This document shows, one piece after another, positions 59,324 to 64,000 of a stretch of DNA of 64,000 nucleotides (positions are counted from its first letter, which is position 1; every line of letters starts with the position of its first letter). A model generated the notes under the pieces. The model saw nothing but the letters and a program-made list of their open reading frames with translations, was not told where the DNA came from and ran no database searches. The DNA comes from an uncultured Pseudomonadota bacterium (lineage in GTDB: Bacteria; Desulfobacterota; Binatia; Binatales; Binataceae). The stretch is from contig CAWCJN010000007.1 in NCBI GenBank assembly GCA_963795945.1, forward strand, positions 9,193-73,192, given 5' to 3'. A program made the translations under genes and the position numbers.

Positions 59324-60112
59324 TCAAATAAGCAGAGCAAGGCCACCGGCGAGCATCGCGATTCCACTTCCACGTGCGATCAGACGACCGGCCGGCAATG
59401 ATTTCTCGAGGATGACGAAGATGCTCAGCACTGCAACCCATACTAGGTTCATCACGCCGAAGACAAACAGCAACAGCATCAGCATCCAACAGCATCCGAC
59501 GCACATCACGCCATGACGCATTCCCATTACGAACGCGCCACGCGCTCCCTCCCGCCATTCCGTCATCAGAAATCCCAGCGGCGTGCGGCACCTCGTGAGG
59601 CATAGATTCTTTAAAGGTGTCAATTGATAGACACCCGCGACGATTAGCATCAGCGCACCGAGCGCAGGTGCTGCGATCAAGGCGCTGCTGATTGCGCCAC
59701 TTCGCTGCAATATCAACTGGGCGGCAGTGGCTGCGACGCTGAAAGCTGTCCACGCAACCAAATATCCCGCACCGAATAATGTTACTCGAGAAGTTGACGA
59801 TGATGGTTCACGCGAGCAAACAATTTGCGCGTAGGTATCGATCATCGGTGCGGCGCTCGGCAGCATCATCGCGACCATCATCACCGCCCACATTAGGAAC
59901 ATCAAAACAGCATCGCTCAGTCCCGGCGCCATGGTCGCGAAGATTCGCGAGCCGAACGTACCGAAATCGCTCGACGACATCGGCATCCAGGCAAGATATA
60001 GCCAGGCAATAGCGGTAATCCCCGCCAGCGCCGCCCAGATGATCGCGCGATCGCGCCAGCGGCTATAAATGGTGCGCGAGAGCGGTCGTGAGACTGCTTC
60101 GTTATTTGGCAT
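59324..60112 (-). CDS. DUF2182-family predicted metal-binding membrane protein
   Basis: Polytopic protein with MWAVMMVAMMLPSAAP, and CVGCCW near the C-terminus. The start is at ATG 60112 or 60142. Confidence 0.7.
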   Translation of the reverse strand: MPNNEAVSRPLSRTIYSRWRDRAIIWAALAGITAIAWLYLAWMPMSSSDFGTFGSRIFATMAPGLSDAVLMFLMWAVMMVAMMLPSAAPMIDTYAQIVCSREPSSSTSRVTLFGAGYLVAWTAFSVAATAAQLILQRSGAISSALIAAPALGALMLIVAGVYQLTPLKNLCLTRCRTPLGFLMTEWREGARGAFVMGMRHGVMCVGCCWMLMLLLFVFGVMNLVWVAVLSIFVILEKSLPAGRLIARGSGIAMLAGGLALLI

Positions 60113-60722
60113 TCGACCAGGTAATCGAGGAAAAGTGTCCATTGCGGCCCGAGTTATCGAAATTGAGCGTATGATCCTTGTAGTGACTGGTGCTTGCTTT
60201 CGCCGCCGCAAGCCGTCGCGAGAACGGATGGCCAACGTTCTCCAGCCAAATCACCCGGTTGTTTGCTCCGGTGACGCCTTCGACAGTCACGTCCGTGATT
60301 CCTTCGATTGAGAGTTTGAAAGTATTGTCTTTTGATTCGAAGCTAATCGGGACGGTTTTCGTCGGCAAACGATGCGCAATCATCCCGGCCATCAGCGAAG
60401 GCGGCCCGCCGGCATCGCCGGTAAAGATCAGCTCGAGCGCGCCGCGCTGCGCATCATTCGCCCGCGCATCAAGATAGACCGCAAGCGTCCCGTTGCCCTG
60501 GGACATCGGCCCCGGAGTGGTGAGCGCCTGAACCGCATTGAGACCCGAAAGGTCCACAGTGTCGTCCCAATGGCCGTCTGCGATATGGATTGCCAATACT
60601 ACGTCGCAATGCGTATCAGTAGGGCTGGCCTGCGCGTGCGAGAGCAGGCAAGGGCACAGCAATTCGCAATTGCAGGATTCGAAATATTCGCCATCGATGT
60701 GCCAATTTTTGGAGTTCGCCAT
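60102..60722 (-). CDS. DUF1326-family protein
   Basis: N-terminal W.I.GEYFESCNCELLCPCLLS is the DUF1326 Cys motif. 206 aa. Confidence 0.75.
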   Translation of the reverse strand: MANSKNWHIDGEYFESCNCELLCPCLLSHAQASPTDTHCDVVLAIHIADGHWDDTVDLSGLNAVQALTTPGPMSQGNGTLAVYLDARANDAQRGALELIFTGDAGGPPSLMAGMIAHRLPTKTVPISFESKDNTFKLSIEGITDVTVEGVTGANNRVIWLENVGHPFSRRLAAAKASTSHYKDHTLNFDNSGRNGHFSSITWSNAK

Positions 60723-61016
60723 TTTGCGCCTCTCAAGACATAAGCCTTAATACAACGTACCGCCGCATTCTTCGAATTATCAAGTCGTTCCTCTGAGCGC
60801 CGCGAAACGCGACGCGCTGGATGTTCCGTTTTGCGACAGACGGACGCAAAAACGCGGACTTCGTTGATATAAGAACTACTTTCTATGGCACGCCATCTGC
60901 TCTGCTACTCATCGCATCGGTTGGAGCAGCCAAACTCGCAGAACTATCTATAACTTTTTGGAAATCGGCGAAGGCTTGGTAGGCGAGCCAACGAAACAGC
61001 AAAGGGAGGATTTTCA

Positions 61017-61202
61017 ATGACCAGTTTTCTAACCATGGCGCGCGCGCGGCTGCGCAGCATAAAAAGAGGCCAGACTATGACTGAGTATGCACTGATACTC
61101 GCTGCAGTGGCGGTCGTAGTATTCGCAACCTACCATGTCATGGGACAGGATATCGTGAATCTGCTGACCAAGGTCAGCAGCTCTCTGACCGCCGCCAAGT
61201 AG
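61017..61202 (+). CDS. flp: Flp/Fap-family type IVb pilin
   Basis: Leader ending in ...IKRG, followed by QTMTEYALILAAVAVVV, which carries the Flp G/xxxxEY processing motif. Confidence 0.85.
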   Translation: MTSFLTMARARLRSIKRGQTMTEYALILAAVAVVVFATYHVMGQDIVNLLTKVSSSLTAAK

Positions 61203-61370
61203 TTAGCGCGAACGCGCCAATCGATTAAGTAACTAATTAAGTAACTAATGAAGCTGAATGATCGGTTGCTGCAACAGCACGGCCTCCCCGACGCCGAAGA
61301 CCTGCCGTCTTCGATGATCGGGGGGACCCTGGCGCGCCGCCGCTTCTAGGCGATCGAGGGTACCCGCCGA

Positions 61371-62624
61371 TTGCGCACACTGGTGCATAATCGCCTGCTC
61401 GAAACGCTCGATGTAGCCAAGCTCGACGCTCTCGAACCGGCAGCGATGGCGTCGAAAGTGACTGCCGCAATCAATGACGTGCTCGACCGCGAGGGTCGTC
61501 TGCTGACCGAAGCTGATCGTGCACGACTGGTTAGCGAGATTAAAAACGAGTTGCTTGGGCTGGGTCCGCTTGAGCCGCTGCTTCGCGACGACGCCGTGAC
61601 GGATATTCTCGTTAACGGACACGATCAGGTTTTTGTCGAGAAATTCGGCAAGCTCCAGCCGACCGGCGTGACCTTTCAGGACGATCAGCACTTGATGCTG
61701 ATTATTGGCCGCATCGTGGCGCAGGTCGGACGGCGCGTGGACGAGGCTTCGCCGATGGTTGATGCGCGGCTGCGCGATGGTTCGCGAATCAACGCAATTA
61801 TCCCGCCGCTTGCGCTGAATGGACCCGCGCTCTCAATCCGGCGTTTCGGGCGCCATCGCTTCGATATCGAAGGCTTGATCACGAAGGGCACGCTGACACG
61901 CGAAGTGCTCACCTTACTCGAAGCGACCGTCAAGGCGCGGCTGAATATTCTGGTGTGCGGCGGGACTGGCTCAGGAAAAACCACGATGCTGAATTGCTTG
62001 TCAGCCTGCATTCCGGCGGACGAGCGGATAGTCACGATCGAGGATTCGGCGGAATTATCTTTGCAACAGCCGCACGTAGTCCGTCTGGAAACCCGTCCTA
62101 CCAATCTGGAAGGCAAAGGCGAGATTACCGTTCGCGACCTCGTGAAAAACTCATTGCGAATGCGGCCTGATCGCATCATTGTCGGCGAAGTACGCGGCTC
62201 TGAGGTGCTCGATATGTTGCAGGCCATGTCAACGGGACATGACGGCTCGATCGCAACAATCCACGCGAATAGCCCGCGCGAATGTCCGGGACGACTCGAA
62301 ATGATGATGCTGCTGGCGGGTTATGCGATCCCGCAGCGCGCGATGCGCCAGCAGATAGCCGCGTCGATAAATTTGATCATTCACGTTTCGCGTCTATCAG
62401 ATGGCTCGCGCAAGGTGATGCGGATTACTGAGATCACGGGACTCGAAGGCGACGTCATCATGATGCAGGACCTGTTCGAGTTCGTGCGGACGGGCGTGAG
62501 TGCGGACGGCAAGGTAAATGGACAACTTCGCTCGGCCGGCGTTCGTTCGCTCTATGTCGAGCAACTCGAGTTGGCTGGGTTCAAATTCGAGGCGAAGACC
62601 GGTCGGATCACGCGCTCGCGCTGA
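61371..62624 (+). CDS. cpaF: CpaF/TadA-family pilus assembly ATPase
   Basis: Walker [10 protein letters not shown], Walker B/Asp box [11 protein letters not shown], and His box [12 protein letters not shown]. The coordinates use the TTG start from the ORF track. The same frame is open from ATG 61248 apart from a TAG at 61347-61349. Confidence 0.85.
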   Translation: MRTLVHNRLLETLDVAKLDALEPAAMASKVTAAINDVLDREGRLLTEADRARLVSEIKNELLGLGPLEPLLRDDAVTDILVNGHDQVFVEKFGKLQPTGVTFQDDQHLMLIIGRIVAQVGRRVDEASPMVDARLRDGSRINAIIPPLALNGPALSIRRFGRHRFDIEGLITKGTLTREVLTLLEATVKARLNILVCGGTGSGKTTMLNCLSACIPADERIVTIEDSAELSLQQPHVVRLETRPTNLEGKGEITVRDLVKNSLRMRPDRIIVGEVRGSEVLDMLQAMSTGHDGSIATIHANSPRECPGRLEMMMLLAGYAIPQRAMRQQIAASINLIIHVSRLSDGSRKVMRITEITGLEGDVIMMQDLFEFVRTGVSADGKVNGQLRSAGVRSLYVEQLELAGFKFEAKTGRITRSR

Positions 62625-62628
62625 ATCG

Positions 62629-63591
62629 ATGGACCCGATTGCCGTCAGCGGATTGATCGCTGTGATCCTGATCGGGTTTTGGGTCCTGATCGTCGATACC
62701 GGTGGCAGAATCGACCAAGCGACAATCGCTGAGCGCCTCGCCGAGATAGCGCCGGACCCAACAAGAAATGAACCCGATGAAGTGATCCGGGCTGGGATGC
62801 CCTTGCAGGTTAGTGTCGGTCGTCTAGTCGCGACATTGCGGGAGGTGCGCTTTCTCGCAAAGCTCGAACAAACTATGTGGCAGGCGGGCGTTCACCTATC
62901 GCTCCCTTCGATGCTCGAGATGATGCTCGGGTTGGTCGCCGTGGGTTATCTGGCAGGGCGATTCCTCGCGCATGATGTTACGCTTGCGATCGTAACCGGG
63001 GCAGCGCTCGGTCTCGTCCCATTGTTCTATGTACGCTGGTGCGCTGAAAGACGCCGGCAGGCGTTCGTGCGACAATTGCCGGCGGCGCTCGATTTCGTCA
63101 AGTCGGCGCTCGAAGCCGGACACCCGCCATTGCGTGCACTACAGGTGCTTGCGAATGAATTTGCTGATCCACTTGGCGGCGAATTTCGGATGGTGGTGGA
63201 ACAGGCTCAACTTGGGATGCCGCTGCCGCGGGCCTTCGAATTATTGCGCCGAGTCGCCGAATCTGATCTGAGGCTTCTCGCAATAGCAATCCGTGTCCAA
63301 AGCGAGTCGGGCAGCAGTTTGGCTGAAGTAGTGGGCCGTCTCGCAGAAATCGTGCCCGCGCGTCAGCGGCTTCAGGTACAAATTCGCTTGATGACCGCGC
63401 AATCCCGCAGCAGCGCTATGATCGTCGCGTTATTACCGGTGGTAATGTTGGCAATATTCGCTGTGATCCAGCCTGCGTATGTTCATATTCTGTTTTACGA
63501 TCCCACGGGCGTCAAAGTTCTCAAAGCGGCCGCCGTAATGGACGTGCTGGCGTTCATTACAATTCGCCGCATTCTCGCGGTGAATTACTGA
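62629..63591 (+). CDS. tadB: TadB-like type II secretion system F-family membrane protein
   Basis: ATG at 62629, 5 nt after the cpaF stop. T2SSF domain (LPAALDFVKSALEAGHPPLRAL) and terminal TM helices. Confidence 0.8.
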   Translation: MDPIAVSGLIAVILIGFWVLIVDTGGRIDQATIAERLAEIAPDPTRNEPDEVIRAGMPLQVSVGRLVATLREVRFLAKLEQTMWQAGVHLSLPSMLEMMLGLVAVGYLAGRFLAHDVTLAIVTGAALGLVPLFYVRWCAERRRQAFVRQLPAALDFVKSALEAGHPPLRALQVLANEFADPLGGEFRMVVEQAQLGMPLPRAFELLRRVAESDLRLLAIAIRVQSESGSSLAEVVGRLAEIVPARQRLQVQIRLMTAQSRSSAMIVALLPVVMLAIFAVIQPAYVHILFYDPTGVKVLKAAAVMDVLAFITIRRILAVNY

Positions 63592-63600
63592 ATTCCTCTG

Positions 63601-64000
63601 ATGAGCGCCGAGATTGCCTGCATTCTGATTTTTCTGTTGCTCGGAATCGCACTGTGCTCAATCTACGAGGCGCTATATGGAACTCGTCGCATGATCGACG
63701 AGCGCCTATCAGCGGTGCAGCTTCGTTTCGCGGCGACGCGTCCAGGATCAGTTCAGCCTGCTCAGTCGTCAGCCAACGAGTCTCTCTGGCAAAAAGTCGC
63801 GACGCGATTTTCAATCGCTAAGACCGGACCACGTGCAACGCGACAAGCCGAACTTTTAAGCCGCGCTGGTTTGGCCCATCTGAACGCCGCGTCTGCATTG
63901 CCACTGATCCGGGGAATTCTGGCGACGACTTTTGGAGTGCTCGGTTGTGCCGCGGGGCTCGCGTTCGGTTGCGCGATCATGAAGCTGATATTGCTCGCGA
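63601..64000 (+). CDS. tadC: TadC-like membrane protein, 3' end cut by window edge
   Basis: The frame is open from ATG 63601 to the window end; it is absent from the ORF track because it has no stop. N-terminal TM helix, in the position expected for tadC. Confidence 0.6.
   Translation, partial: MSAEIACILIFLLLGIALCSIYEALYGTRRMIDERLSAVQLRFAATRPGSVQPAQSSANESLWQKVATRFSIAKTGPRATRQAELLSRAGLAHLNAASALPLIRGILATTFGVLGCAAGLAFGCAIMKLILLA

Overview
64-kb chromosomal window from a moderately GC-rich bacterium. LptB, an OmpA-like protein and a Tad/Flp pilus point to a diderm; the taxon cannot be fixed from sequence alone. The backbone is ordinary housekeeping and metabolic genes: clpS-clpA, nadB, pgsA, lptB, cardiolipin synthase, clpP, ackA-xfp (phosphoketolase), Zn-ADH, ggt, pepP, dCMP deaminase, and an arsR-arsI-gapdh-arsJ-acr3 arsenic cluster. 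Accessory DNA interrupts this backbone in four places. (1) About 5.8 kb of decayed mobile DNA lies next to tRNA-Ser(GCT): an IS6 element, an IS481 element nested in a serine-recombinase remnant with a 7-bp target duplication, and two IS3 fragments. (2) A visibly AT-richer three-gene block of unknown function sits between clpA and nadB. (3) A ~1100-aa secreted G8/beta-helix gene is preceded by a G11 tract, split by an IS3 element with a tandemly duplicated right end, and frameshifted three more times. (4) A 4.2-kb integrative islet in tRNA-Gly(GCC) is bounded by 42-bp direct repeats and carries a tyrosine integrase, an HTH gene and a two-gene SIR2-type cargo. This islet is my best candidate for an undescribed defence-type module. 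The window ends in a compact flp-cpaF-tadB-tadC locus. About 20 frame disruptions are present. They cluster in accessory or dispensable genes and often fall in short homopolymers, so real pseudogenisation and assembly indels need to be told apart with read data. No CRISPR array, rRNA or prophage structural genes were seen.
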